IMG/VR virus record: IMGVR_UViG_3300020042_005640
Span: 1 to 49,372 of that record
DNA length: 49,372 bases
Strand: one strand, 5' to 3'
Origin: a virus
Lineage: Duplodnaviria; Caudoviricetes
Shown: positions 9,853 to 18,423 of the stretch, piece by piece
Layout: the number at the start of each line of letters is the position of its first letter
Position numbering within the stretch: the first letter of the stretch is position 1
The notes under the pieces: model-generated
Seen by the model: only the letters and a program-made list of their open reading frames with translations
Databases searched by the model: none
What the model was told of the DNA's origin: nothing
Translations under genes and position numbers: made by a program

Positions 9853-10086
9853 TTATATTGTTTTTGCGTATCTAATTGCTAATTCTTTTTCATAGTTAGG
9901 ACTATATACTCTTCCTCTGTTCCCAGCAGCGTGCTTGATTACTCCGAAGTTTAAACCAAGCTTTTGCTGTGCGTTCTTGATACTAGGATATACAATAGCC
10001 TTCTCTTTTCTTTCTTCTAAGTTCTTTATGGATATATCATATGCAACAATCCCTACCCTTGACTCTGTAATAAACTCGTATGACAT
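9853..10086 (-). CDS. Small NUMOD1-like DNA-binding protein
   Basis: YPSIKNAQQKLGL..GVI resembles the NUMOD1/IENR1 HTH. Confidence 0.45.
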   Translation of the reverse strand: MSYEFITESRVGIVAYDISIKNLEERKEKAIVYPSIKNAQQKLGLNFGVIKHAAGNRGRVYSPNYEKELAIRYAKTI

Positions 10087-10087
10087 A

Positions 10088-11902
10088 CTATAGTATCTTG
10101 TATTTAGTTAATAATTGTTCTCTATTAAAAGGAAGGTTATTGTAATCATCTACAAACTCAATCCCGTTTACCATCTTTAATCTAACACTACCCCCGTAAG
10201 GTGTAGGCTTACCTCCTGTCTCTCTGTTCCTAACCTTGTCTACTGATACTTCAGTAAACATCCATTCGTTAGGGTCTTTAATCTTCCGGTGCAGGGTAAG
10301 AAAGTTATCTGACTTATTATACAGAGCAGCGCCACCTTCAGTATCGGATGCGTGTGGCATCTTTTGACTACCAGTACTGTCCCTTTCCCTTTGTGAAGCT
10401 GTGGTAGTGTGAACGGATAAGAATAGTGTTGTGTTGTACCTTTTAGTATAATTTAACATATCCCCATACGCTTCGTAGTCATAGATATACTTATTCTTGG
10501 AAGCTGTTAGTTCAAGCTTCAATGAATTGTATGGATCGATAAATAGTCCTTTCAGAGATTTATATCCCATCATAACTTTAGAGTGGTCCATTATATCCCT
10601 ATAAGTATAAAGATTATCAGTTGACAGCATAAAGAAATGCTCATCTACAAATTTAAGCGATACAGCATGTTCTCTGTCATCCATGTGTATTATTTTTTTA
10701 CCAACAAAGAACTCCATAATCTTCATCTTAACAGAGGCTGCCCTATTCTCTCCGGTATATACCATCCAATTCCAATCGTACTTGATAGCAGACAAGAATA
10801 GTAGCCAAAGGTTTATCGTAGTCTTACCAATATGACTGTGTGCTAACGATGCATAGAACTCACCTTCTTTCAGCAGGAAGTGTTTGTCGAGGTCATGGTA
10901 TCCAAGAGGCATACCCATTGGGATTAGGCCCTTCCTAAACTTATAGATAAAGTCATCATCACTCGTGTTAGATGTAAGAAAGGACAACTCTTCTTCTATA
11001 GCACCGAGTTCTCTAACAGCTTCCTTAAACTCTTGTTCAACCTGTGATATTGGTCGTGCCATACCATGCCTAAGTCCATCCTCAATGGTCTTGTCGGCAA
11101 GCTTAGGATCATCAATGTGTCGTTTCCTAATCTCGTGAGACAGGATATTAAAAGCTATGTCATACTCTATATTCTTTGTTGCCACATATCCTCCAAGAAG
11201 ATTAGCGGCTCTAAGGAGGGCATTATGCTTTTCTCCATCAGGAGCAGACCTAATCATCCTAGATGCTATGTCAACCTTCTTATAGTCAGTATGTCCATCT
11301 CCGTACATCAATCTTGAGGGTTGCTTTTCTTCCTCAACATCAATGTCATAGAATACTGACGACGATGTGTTTACGTATATGTTGGGGTCATAAGATACGT
11401 ACAAAACCCTTGATACATTTTGAGCTGTAGTGTCAAGGCCTTTGATTCTCTTTATCAGAGCCCTATAGTGTTCAGTGTGCTTGTTACCATCTCCTATCTT
11501 AACTAATCCATGTAGTCCTTTGCCTGATGAAGACCTCCACAGTGCATAGACAATATCATCATTGATTAGTTCGTTAACAGCGTAATCAAGGTCTTCTACA
11601 TTATCAATATCAATTGGAACTAATCCGCTGTGCTTCGTAATGCTCTTATCATCCCTATAGGAAACGTATTCCTTTCCGGATGCGTTAATCTTTGTAATTG
11701 GCTTGTTAAACTCTCCTGTAAATAGTACGCAAGGAAGACTAGCTTTTAAAAAACGCTTGGTATCTTCATTCTCGCACAAGCGTATAGCTTCTACCTTTGA
11801 CCTGTATCTTCCGTTTCTAATAGCATCAATAACAGCTTCTATCTTAACAATCTTAGGGCTGTCAATAGATACTATATTCTCAAATATAGTTACTGTATGC
11901 AT
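10088..11902 (-). CDS. Primase-helicase (VirE-N/BT4734-like primase fused to an SF4 DnaB-like helicase)
   Basis: K..LP, HSGL..IDID, SSSGKGL and R.LYVSYDP primase motifs; Walker A AHSHIGKTT; FIDPYN, SVH and V.KVR helicase motifs. Confidence 0.85.
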   Translation of the reverse strand: MHTVTIFENIVSIDSPKIVKIEAVIDAIRNGRYRSKVEAIRLCENEDTKRFLKASLPCVLFTGEFNKPITKINASGKEYVSYRDDKSITKHSGLVPIDIDNVEDLDYAVNELINDDIVYALWRSSSGKGLHGLVKIGDGNKHTEHYRALIKRIKGLDTTAQNVSRVLYVSYDPNIYVNTSSSVFYDIDVEEEKQPSRLMYGDGHTDYKKVDIASRMIRSAPDGEKHNALLRAANLLGGYVATKNIEYDIAFNILSHEIRKRHIDDPKLADKTIEDGLRHGMARPISQVEQEFKEAVRELGAIEEELSFLTSNTSDDDFIYKFRKGLIPMGMPLGYHDLDKHFLLKEGEFYASLAHSHIGKTTINLWLLFLSAIKYDWNWMVYTGENRAASVKMKIMEFFVGKKIIHMDDREHAVSLKFVDEHFFMLSTDNLYTYRDIMDHSKVMMGYKSLKGLFIDPYNSLKLELTASKNKYIYDYEAYGDMLNYTKRYNTTLFLSVHTTTASQRERDSTGSQKMPHASDTEGGAALYNKSDNFLTLHRKIKDPNEWMFTEVSVDKVRNRETGGKPTPYGGSVRLKMVNGIEFVDDYNNLPFNREQLLTKYKIL

Positions 11903-11919
11903 GTTGTGGGGTTAAAATT

Positions 11920-11945
11920 GCCCCGAACATTTTACTGAACGGGGC
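11920..11945 (-). terminator. Stem-loop after the ssb-like gene (terminator or processing site)
   Basis: GCCCCG...CGGGGC inverted repeat with only a weak U tract. Confidence 0.45.
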
Positions 11946-11974
11946 TAGTTTATATGTGCGTCGTGCGTCTAACC

Positions 11975-12256
11975 TTAGAATGGAAGATCGTCTTCTACCC
12001 TGTCTACTTGAAATGATGCAGGAGTAGAAGGTGTAGTTTTTTTAGAAGCGTCAGGCTTCCAGGTATCAAGTGTCACATACACGTTGTTACCATACTTGTC
12101 CGGAGACTTTCTGTCATTTACGTTGATGTTGCAGTATCCTGCCTCGTTCTTGTACTTCTTTAGTTCCTCAATGAATTTCTCTACGTTAATAGAAATCCTT
12201 GTTCCGTACATAGTTTTCTTTCCATTTACTCCGTTGAAGTAGATTTTCTCTGACAT
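11975..12256 (-). CDS. Single-stranded DNA-binding protein-like
   Basis: Small beta-rich protein with an acidic C-terminal DDLPF; adjacent to the helicase. Confidence 0.7.
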   Translation of the reverse strand: MSEKIYFNGVNGKKTMYGTRISINVEKFIEELKKYKNEAGYCNINVNDRKSPDKYGNNVYVTLDTWKPDASKKTTPSTPASFQVDRVEDDLPF

Positions 12257-12317
12257 ATTGTGTAGTTTAAAATTGTGTAAATTTCCCCAAGGCCGAGATA
12301 GCCCTGGGGGTTGTCTG

Positions 12318-12572
12318 TTATGGTTTGTTGATTAGGACTTTTGGAGTAACAAGAAGGTCTACGTCATACCCGTGCTGTTCTAGTACATCTATTATAGCTG
12401 ACATAGAAACAGTTCTAGGCTTTCCGTTCTTACCCTTGTACTTACCCACGTAGTTCACGAAGAACCAGTAGTTGTTTTGGCTATTATTCTCGTGTATGCT
12501 ATCTAATATAGTAGCTACCTGTGGAAACTTTTGATGAAGCTTCTCTTTATTTATGTATTTCGTGTTGCTCAT
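12318..12572 (-). CDS. Hypothetical protein (possible HTH)
   Basis: Clean ORF with an ATGA-type overlap to the upstream gene. Confidence 0.6.
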   Translation of the reverse strand: MSNTKYINKEKLHQKFPQVATILDSIHENNSQNNYWFFVNYVGKYKGKNGKPRTVSMSAIIDVLEQHGYDVDLLVTPKVLINKP

Positions 12573-12916
12573 AATACTCTCTCTATGGTATCAAGTTTAC
12601 CATTAGTAAACTTAGCTTTGAATATATAAAATATCTCGTATGGTTTTCCGTAGAACTTAACGAGTCCTGTGTAGTCACTGTTTATAACACCCTTATTAAC
12701 CCTATTCATACTAAACCTAAAGAAGTTACCAACTGTCTCAACAAGCTCGTACTCGTAGTCCATATAAGAAAGGTTACCTTCTCCATCTATTACATAGTCT
12801 AAGAACTCCCTATCTAAGTCTTTTGTCTGAAACTCAAGACCTGATAAGTCGTGTCTCTGAAATCCGTTAACCGGAAGGAGATTGTCGCTTATCTTTATGT
12901 AATCGTATCTACTCAT
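12569..12916 (-). CDS. Phage hypothetical protein
   Basis: MS.YDY...FQTKDL...Y.I...FY...AKF.NGKL motif. Start moved to ATG 12916 because the upstream extension is a hairpin region. Confidence 0.65.
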   Translation of the reverse strand: MSRYDYIKISDNLLPVNGFQRHDLSGLEFQTKDLDREFLDYVIDGEGNLSYMDYEYELVETVGNFFRFSMNRVNKGVINSDYTGLVKFYGKPYEIFYIFKAKFTNGKLDTIERVL

Positions 12917-13015
12917 ATTCAAAAAGTGGGAGCAGAAAACATTTAAACTGCTCCCTATATGCAACCCCTCACATATGTACATTGCGAAGATACAAGATAT
13001 TTTACAATTACAAAA

Positions 13016-13780
13016 CTATTTTACCCAAGAAGGTAAATCTAATATGAACTCACTTTCTTCCATAAACCCATACCCTGCATTGAATGCATCTAAGTCTATA
13101 CACGTAATAAACTTATCAGCCAACTCATACAGCTCTTCTTGCCCCTTCTTTAGGTATTGATCTGCTACATCAACTAGCATATAGTTGTACGGAGCTTTGG
13201 TCTCAACAATCAAGTACTTAACAGGTAGGTTGTGTGCCAGGTTATAAATACCTGCCTGTATATGATACTTTCGGTTGTAGAACTCCCTAGTAACATTAGC
13301 AGGTGACGCATCATTAATTGTCTTAATCTCAAGAACATACTCTTTATCCTTAACCCCATCAACAAATCCTCTGAAGGGTAGACCTGCTACATCCATCTTG
13401 AACTCTTGCTCAAAGCTATTGCACTCCATGATGGTATTTCTTACCTTCCAGTTTGACAGGATACTATCTGTTATCCCAACAGCTTCAGTCATATCATCTT
13501 CGCTGATGAGCGTTTTACCTTCATTCTTGCTTACGAAGTCTTCCCACAGTTCCTTACCAACCTTTGTTCTCTTATCAAGATCAGGGTAAATAGCAAACAT
13601 TTCTGCTGTCTTTTGTGGATACATGAGCAGGGTATGTATCAGTGTGCCAAGGTCCATTGCTTTACTTGGAGCTGACCTATTGTGTACATAGTACATATAG
13701 TGCTTTGGTGACTTAGAAAACTCTTTTATAGAGGAGTATGACAATGGTCTTTCTTTCAGGAAGTCTAAATCTATCCTCAT
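13016..13780 (-). CDS. RecE/ExoVIII-like PD-(D/E)xK exonuclease (DUF3799-like)
   Basis: LSYSSIK, GTLIH, D.RTK.GK, RG.VD, EIKT and YHIQAGIY motifs. Confidence 0.85.
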   Translation of the reverse strand: MRIDLDFLKERPLSYSSIKEFSKSPKHYMYYVHNRSAPSKAMDLGTLIHTLLMYPQKTAEMFAIYPDLDKRTKVGKELWEDFVSKNEGKTLISEDDMTEAVGITDSILSNWKVRNTIMECNSFEQEFKMDVAGLPFRGFVDGVKDKEYVLEIKTINDASPANVTREFYNRKYHIQAGIYNLAHNLPVKYLIVETKAPYNYMLVDVADQYLKKGQEELYELADKFITCIDLDAFNAGYGFMEESEFILDLPSWVK

Positions 13781-14355
13781 TGTAATTGTTTTATTTTATT
13801 AGATACTGCCGTTCTGAATACAGGGTTAAGCTTGATGTTATCATCTAAGCCTTTAGCGTAATCGGTAAGGGATTCCTTATCGGTAAACTTATCAATGTTT
13901 GAAATAAATGATGCTACTATCGTATTCTCGTACATCTGAAGTGCGTTGTCGTGTTGACCTTTAAATACATCAATACCTATACCTATGTAAGAACATATCT
14001 TGGTAATAGCATCTGTTGTAGCTCCCTTACATGCATCACCTGGATCATCGTTTACTGATGAAGCTATGCATTCGTAGTATATACCATAGTCGGGTATAGT
14101 GAAAGCTGTTTTAAGTACAGCAGTATATTCAGTCCTCTCTTTACCTGCATTTGTAATTTTTGTCTTTTCCATAATCGGTGTGATTAACTCTGTCTTAATC
14201 TTCCACGAACCCACACCAAATACATCATTCAGTCTCTCTGTTACATATATAGCCTTAATCGTTGATAGGTTGCTCCTTGTAGGATGCGGTGTCACGGCCT
14301 CTTTCGGTAATGGCTTCTTGATTAATAATAATTGCTGTTCGGATAGTTGCTTCAT
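13777..14355 (-). CDS. Rad52/Sak-like single-strand annealing protein
   Basis: YVTERLNDVFG..W and KGATTDAITK...IGIG motifs; coupled to the exonuclease. Confidence 0.8.
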   Translation of the reverse strand: MKQLSEQQLLLIKKPLPKEAVTPHPTRSNLSTIKAIYVTERLNDVFGVGSWKIKTELITPIMEKTKITNAGKERTEYTAVLKTAFTIPDYGIYYECIASSVNDDPGDACKGATTDAITKICSYIGIGIDVFKGQHDNALQMYENTIVASFISNIDKFTDKESLTDYAKGLDDNIKLNPVFRTAVSNKIKQLQ

Positions 14356-14454
14356 TTCTTTTGTATTTTAAGTATATAGCTAATTGTGCGTACATTATCA
14401 GGTTAACGGAGATAGCGAAAAGTATAACTTTTACTATATCCTTAATCTCTATTA

Positions 14455-14718
14455 TCATGGGATATTGTTTGTTATGTCACTATGCTGGTTTACCATATTT
14501 TCAAATTCTCTTATGGATATATATGCAAGCATACAGTCTCCATCTTTAAATGTAATGTGAGTACACACGCCATTGTTTTCATCAGAGGGTCTATACCTTG
14601 ATATGGTAAATGGATTAACCATTGTGTATACATCTTTACACAGCTCTTCTCCGGTGATTTCTTTGTGCTCTGAATCATAAACTTTAATAGGCAATTTGAT
14701 AAATCTTCTTGTAAACAT
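14455..14718 (-). CDS. Hypothetical protein
   Basis: Likely start is ATG 14718 (MFTRRF), just after the upstream stop. Confidence 0.55.
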   Translation of the reverse strand: MFTRRFIKLPIKVYDSEHKEITGEELCKDVYTMVNPFTISRYRPSDENNGVCTHITFKDGDCMLAYISIREFENMVNQHSDITNNIP

Positions 14719-14719
14719 A

Positions 14720-15049
14720 TTATTGGGGTTTTGGTGAAATTTCGTCCATTCTAGAGTTGACATAGTCAACGATTACTTTCTCTAAATCATCCTGCATTGA
14801 TGTTGGTATCAGTGAGACAACACGCAGTATCTCATCATACCTTAGTGTATCAATAGCCTGAAGGGTTTCTCTTTGTGTCTTTATTTCTATAGCTTGCTTC
14901 AGCCATCTAAGTCTATCACGTATCGTTCTAACACCGCTCTTGGCATTGGAAGAGAATGTGTTGTCTATACACAAATCCTCTGCATATATCAAGGCGTTTG
15001 CTATGTTTACGTATATAAGATGAATTGATTGCTGTTGTCCTATTGTCAT
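14720..15049 (-). CDS. Hypothetical protein
   Basis: Packed ORF with an ATGA overlap. Confidence 0.6.
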   Translation of the reverse strand: MTIGQQQSIHLIYVNIANALIYAEDLCIDNTFSSNAKSGVRTIRDRLRWLKQAIEIKTQRETLQAIDTLRYDEILRVVSLIPTSMQDDLEKVIVDYVNSRMDEISPKPQ

Positions 15050-15351
15050 TGTTCCATCATTTTTAACAGTTCTTTTTCTACTATCCTGTACTTGAATGTA
15101 AAGTTGTCATCATACTTTAACATAAAGTCAGCATCATTAATATGGTATAGTGTACTGCTATGCTCCGTACATCCAACATACTTTGCAACATCCATAAATG
15201 TATGAAGCATATACTTTTTAAGTAGAGATACGAATGCTTTCTTTGCATACATTTCTGCTCTTCTTCTTTCTCTACCACGTAGGCAGAACTCTTGGTCAAC
15301 CTCAAAGACTTCAGCGACCATTAGCTTTAGCTTGTGTTTGTAATCTTCCAT
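15046..15351 (-). CDS. DnaA C-terminal (domain IV) HTH-like protein
   Basis: VAEVFEV...R.R...AK..F..LL....TF.DVA.YVG..EHSSTLYH parallels the DnaA domain IV pattern (RDHTTV.H). Confidence 0.7.
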   Translation of the reverse strand: MEDYKHKLKLMVAEVFEVDQEFCLRGRERRRAEMYAKKAFVSLLKKYMLHTFMDVAKYVGCTEHSSTLYHINDADFMLKYDDNFTFKYRIVEKELLKMMEQ

Positions 15352-15368
15352 GGTGTCTTGTTTGATTG

Positions 15369-15464
15369 TTAATAATAATCTTCATCAGATTCTGTTGGTG
15401 AGTTGTATACCTCATATAGTATCCATGAGATAAGAAAAATAACTACTGCTGCGTAAATGTACAT
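15369..15464 (-). CDS. 31-aa membrane micro-protein
   Basis: MYIYAAVVIFLISWILYEVYNSPTESDEDYY, translated by hand; fills an intergenic gap. Confidence 0.5.
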   Translation of the reverse strand: MYIYAAVVIFLISWILYEVYNSPTESDEDYY

Positions 15465-15517
15465 ATGACTATGGTTTAATGTGTAATTAAAGGGATAAAA
15501 CAATGCATTCTGTGTCG

Positions 15518-15835
15518 CTATAAGGGATTCTCTTCACTACCTTGTTGCTGCTCTATAATCGATATTACCATATCTATTATATCCCTCGTGCTTGTATGGG
15601 TCTTCCTAGAATTTATCTCTACCATACACGCATCTATTACCTTATACTTGTTAATCTTGTGCCCAAGCCACTCAAGGCTAGTAATCCTCATGCCTCTAAT
15701 GTCAGATATTAGTACAGGATAGTGCTCTATACCTTTTGAGTACAGGAACATTTGAGCAAAGTTTAGTGCGTCATTGATGTGGTTGCACTTGGCGTCCTCG
15801 TAGCCTGCGTTGTAAGAGTCGATGATAATCTTCAT
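15518..15835 (-). CDS. Hypothetical protein
   Basis: Start moved to ATG 15835 (MKIIIDS) after an AAATCAAACAAC leader. Confidence 0.6.
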   Translation of the reverse strand: MKIIIDSYNAGYEDAKCNHINDALNFAQMFLYSKGIEHYPVLISDIRGMRITSLEWLGHKINKYKVIDACMVEINSRKTHTSTRDIIDMVISIIEQQQGSEENPL

Positions 15836-16012
15836 GTTGTTTGATTTTAGAACAAAAAGTTTGCTACACTCTGGCAGTAGCTTCCCACCTGTCGACCTTA
15901 TCCGTTTATAACAGTACCCCCTTTCATCCGGATGAGCAGGCCGACTATGTCTATCCCAACCCAGGTGCATGGGTACAAGGTTTATGAGATGTAGGGGTTT
16001 AATTATTTATAC

Positions 16013-16043
16013 GCAAGATATAAACATTCTGCGGAATAACAAA
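16013..16043 (-). promoter_or_regulatory. Bacteroidota-type promoter (TTTG-N19-TATCTTGC)
   Basis: Near-consensus -33/-7 elements with the expected spacing. Confidence 0.5.
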
Positions 16044-16050
16044 ATATATT

Positions 16051-16713
16051 TTAAAGAATATTTGTCCATTGTTCTGCCATAGCTGATGCTATGCCGGGGA
16101 ATGTCTTGCTTCTTAGGTTTCTTCTTTCTTCAGGTGTCTTTGCTTTAGCCAATGCATCTGCGTACCACTTGGGGTGTGACTTACCGCTTTTAAATACAGT
16201 TCTGTCTCCCTTGCCTACCATATTGGTTGGTACTAGCAATGGTAATCCTTTCAGCCAAAGGCATGTTGTCTTGGTTGCTTTATCTCCAAACATCCACGGC
16301 TGTATCACTTGGTCAGGCTTTCTAAATAGTGAACTCATTACTCCTACCGGATTCTCTATGCATACTCTATCTATAGGACTGTTGTATAGCTTCATAAAGA
16401 ACTCGCTAGCATAGTACCTATCGAATGCTCTGTTAGGATATTTTGGGTGTGGTCTTCTTTCTGTTACGGGTAGGTGCTTATCTGCCGGATCGTAGTACCA
16501 TTGTGCTCCACTAACAGACAGGTATGTGCAAGGAGGGAACGCAATCATCATATCCCATCCTTCATCTATAACCTCAAAAACATCACGCTGTATGTGCCAT
16601 TCCGGATGTCCTCCTGTTGCAGGTAGTATATCACAGCTGAATGCACTGTGACCTAATCTTCTGAACTCTTTACAAACTGCTTGACTTTCTTCGCATGCTA
16701 TTAATATATTCAT
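16051..16713 (-). CDS. Short C5-cytosine DNA methyltransferase-like protein
   Basis: ILIACEESQ, SCD, AFPPCT, IENP, QPWMFG, K.TCLWL and RSKTFPGIA.AMA.QW motifs; ATGA overlap at 16713. Confidence 0.8.
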   Translation of the reverse strand: MNILIACEESQAVCKEFRRLGHSAFSCDILPATGGHPEWHIQRDVFEVIDEGWDMMIAFPPCTYLSVSGAQWYYDPADKHLPVTERRPHPKYPNRAFDRYYASEFFMKLYNSPIDRVCIENPVGVMSSLFRKPDQVIQPWMFGDKATKTTCLWLKGLPLLVPTNMVGKGDRTVFKSGKSHPKWYADALAKAKTPEERRNLRSKTFPGIASAMAEQWTNIL

Positions 16714-17330
16714 AGTGTTGATTTTAATATATCTAAACATAATTGTTTAGGAATCATAGATCTGTTATAGTCACCCTTGATACCTTGTGTACCTGTACGT
16801 GATCCTCGTGGTGCTGACTGATGGCAGGTATCTCCATTCTTACACATCTCCCGTGGATACCACTTATCTGAATTAGTCCATATGTCTGTGGGCTTCATCC
16901 TGGTATCACCGTATTGGCAGTACGTAACTGTATGTATTTTGTCAAAGAAGTCTGATACGGGGAGCTTCCTTAGCTTACCTCTTGGATTCTCTACAAAGTA
17001 GATAAGGTTTGGATTAAGCTGTTGGTAATGCTTTATAATATCTATTGTCTTTTGTACAATCTTAACTCCAAGAACAGCATTATCTGTCTTAGGTGTATTG
17101 TCTATGTTCCAATGCTTACCTATACTTGCAACTGAAAAGTAGGTGCATGGTGGTGATGCCCATATGATATCCGGTATGAATGGGACTTTATCTGTATCAA
17201 ATTGTAGTATGTCAGATACATAATTTATATCTTTAAATGCATTTATATCAGATGAGTATACTTCAAATCCCATCTGTTCTGCTGCTGTACCTACTGACCT
17301 ACTACCTGCAAACAATTCTAATATTTTCAT
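16710..17330 (-). CDS. Short C5-cytosine DNA methyltransferase
   Basis: LELFAGS (motif I), WASPPC (IV), ENP (VI) and YCQYG..KPTDIW motifs; start at 17330. Confidence 0.85.
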   Translation of the reverse strand: MKILELFAGSRSVGTAAEQMGFEVYSSDINAFKDINYVSDILQFDTDKVPFIPDIIWASPPCTYFSVASIGKHWNIDNTPKTDNAVLGVKIVQKTIDIIKHYQQLNPNLIYFVENPRGKLRKLPVSDFFDKIHTVTYCQYGDTRMKPTDIWTNSDKWYPREMCKNGDTCHQSAPRGSRTGTQGIKGDYNRSMIPKQLCLDILKSTL

Positions 17331-17340
17331 ATTTATATAT

Positions 17341-17484
17341 TTATATTTCAACTACTATACCTTGTTGACAGCTATAGGCTTCATCATCAGCCTCATCTTT
17401 ACTTGTAAATACTAATGGATAACCATTTTGGTCAGTACAGATTGTAGGATATTCTTTATCAAATGTTTCAATAACGATGTACAT
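17341..17484 (-). CDS. 47-aa acidic micro-protein (paralog of 25886..26032)
   Basis: MYIVIETFDKEYPTICTDQNGYPLVFTSKDEADDEAYSCQQGIVVEI; the paralog supports coding status. Confidence 0.8.
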   Translation of the reverse strand: MYIVIETFDKEYPTICTDQNGYPLVFTSKDEADDEAYSCQQGIVVEI

Positions 17485-17541
17485 AAAGTATTAATTTAAT
17501 TGTTAATAATATACAGTCCCGAACTTAGATTTGAAATTAGG

Positions 17542-17727
17542 AGGTCAGAAAAGAGAAGTTAACCTCCCCTCCCAAAGAGATTAACCTCCTTCCCTGACCT
17601 TAACAGTCCGTCACTTGAGTTATCAAATAGGTAGGCTGTATAGGGTTAAGAAGTTACCATCACCACTATACATTTAACAGGATACTTAGGAATCTTTTAC
17701 AAGGCTAAGTATTTATATTTCCTTGTA
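17542..17727 (-). other. Structured non-coding segment (H-type pseudoknot plus long hairpins)
   Basis: Interleaved 7-bp and 8-bp stems at 17682-17727; hairpins at 17637-17672 and 17542-17600, the latter with G-U pairs favouring the minus strand. Confidence 0.5.
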
Positions 17728-17761
17728 CTCAGAACTTAGAGGGGTAGACGACTACTTACTA

Positions 17762-17870
17762 GTCAATCCAAATAAAAAACCCACACAGGTTGCAGCTGTA
17801 TGGGTTTAATAAAAGAGGGTTCTCTTAAATCAAACCCGAATAAATACTGCAACTATCTAATCGGATTGAC
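17762..17870 (-). ncRNA. Candidate small RNA/attenuator with complementary hairpin loops
   Basis: Hairpin loops GUUGCAG and CUGCAAC are exact complements; the second hairpin is terminator-like; promoter lies just upstream. Confidence 0.6.
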
Positions 17871-17874
17871 AATA

Positions 17875-17906
17875 CAAAACTAAGAATAGTTTTATTATCT
17901 ACCAAA
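17875..17906 (-). promoter_or_regulatory. Bacteroidota sigma-A promoter TTTG-N20-TAGTTTTG
   Basis: Consensus -33 and -7 elements with a 20-nt spacer. Confidence 0.75.
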
Positions 17907-17909
17907 TAT

Positions 17910-18170
17910 TTATATAACTAAGTCATCAATTTTTATTCCCTCCTCTTCAAGTAGTTCGTATATTCTATCAAATACAAGGTCTACAGCATCATATGCATCA
18001 AAGGTGTTATCCTTCATTTGTTTAGCCTCTACCTCATACTTTAGGGACTTCTTTGAGTTATGTACTAAACTCCATATGAACATTGCCATAGATGTAGCCT
18101 TGGTGCATCTTAGGTGCTCTACCCTGTCATCAAAGTCTGCAAGATTGAATGTTAGTGTTGCTGTTGCCAT
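17910..18170 (-). CDS. Hypothetical protein
   Basis: A.L.FNL...A..MA..IW motif; packed ORF. Confidence 0.65.
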   Translation of the reverse strand: MATATLTFNLADFDDRVEHLRCTKATSMAMFIWSLVHNSKKSLKYEVEAKQMKDNTFDAYDAVDLVFDRIYELLEEEGIKIDDLVI

Positions 18171-18180
18171 GTTTTGTAGT

Positions 18181-18420
18181 TTATTTGTCAGTTTTATCCT
18201 TACGTGATTGATATAATTCGTTATAGTATTGTTCTGCTCTATTTTCGTTTTCTAGATCTCCACTATCAGATAGTTGCTCAACGCCAAATATTACTGCATC
18301 TGTTATCTGCTCTTTCTCCATTTCTTTTGCTTGTTTAAGTATATCTTTAGCTGAATTTGTATCGTACCAAGTTGATGTCATTTGCCTAAATAACCATTCT
18401 ACTACCGTTTGTTGTGCCAT
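18181..18420 (-). CDS. Hypothetical protein (QTAVEWL/QAKEMEKEQI family)
   Basis: QQTVVEWL...QAKEMEKEQI...AEQYYNE motif. Confidence 0.7.
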   Translation of the reverse strand: MAQQTVVEWLFRQMTSTWYDTNSAKDILKQAKEMEKEQITDAVIFGVEQLSDSGDLENENRAEQYYNELYQSRKDKTDK

Positions 18421-18423
18421 TGT

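Noticed and set aside
15891-15980. Twister/hammerhead ribozyme or SAM/cobalamin riboswitch
   Set aside because: Only partial word matches (CCGGAUGAAAG, GGGAAG); the required conserved cores are absent.
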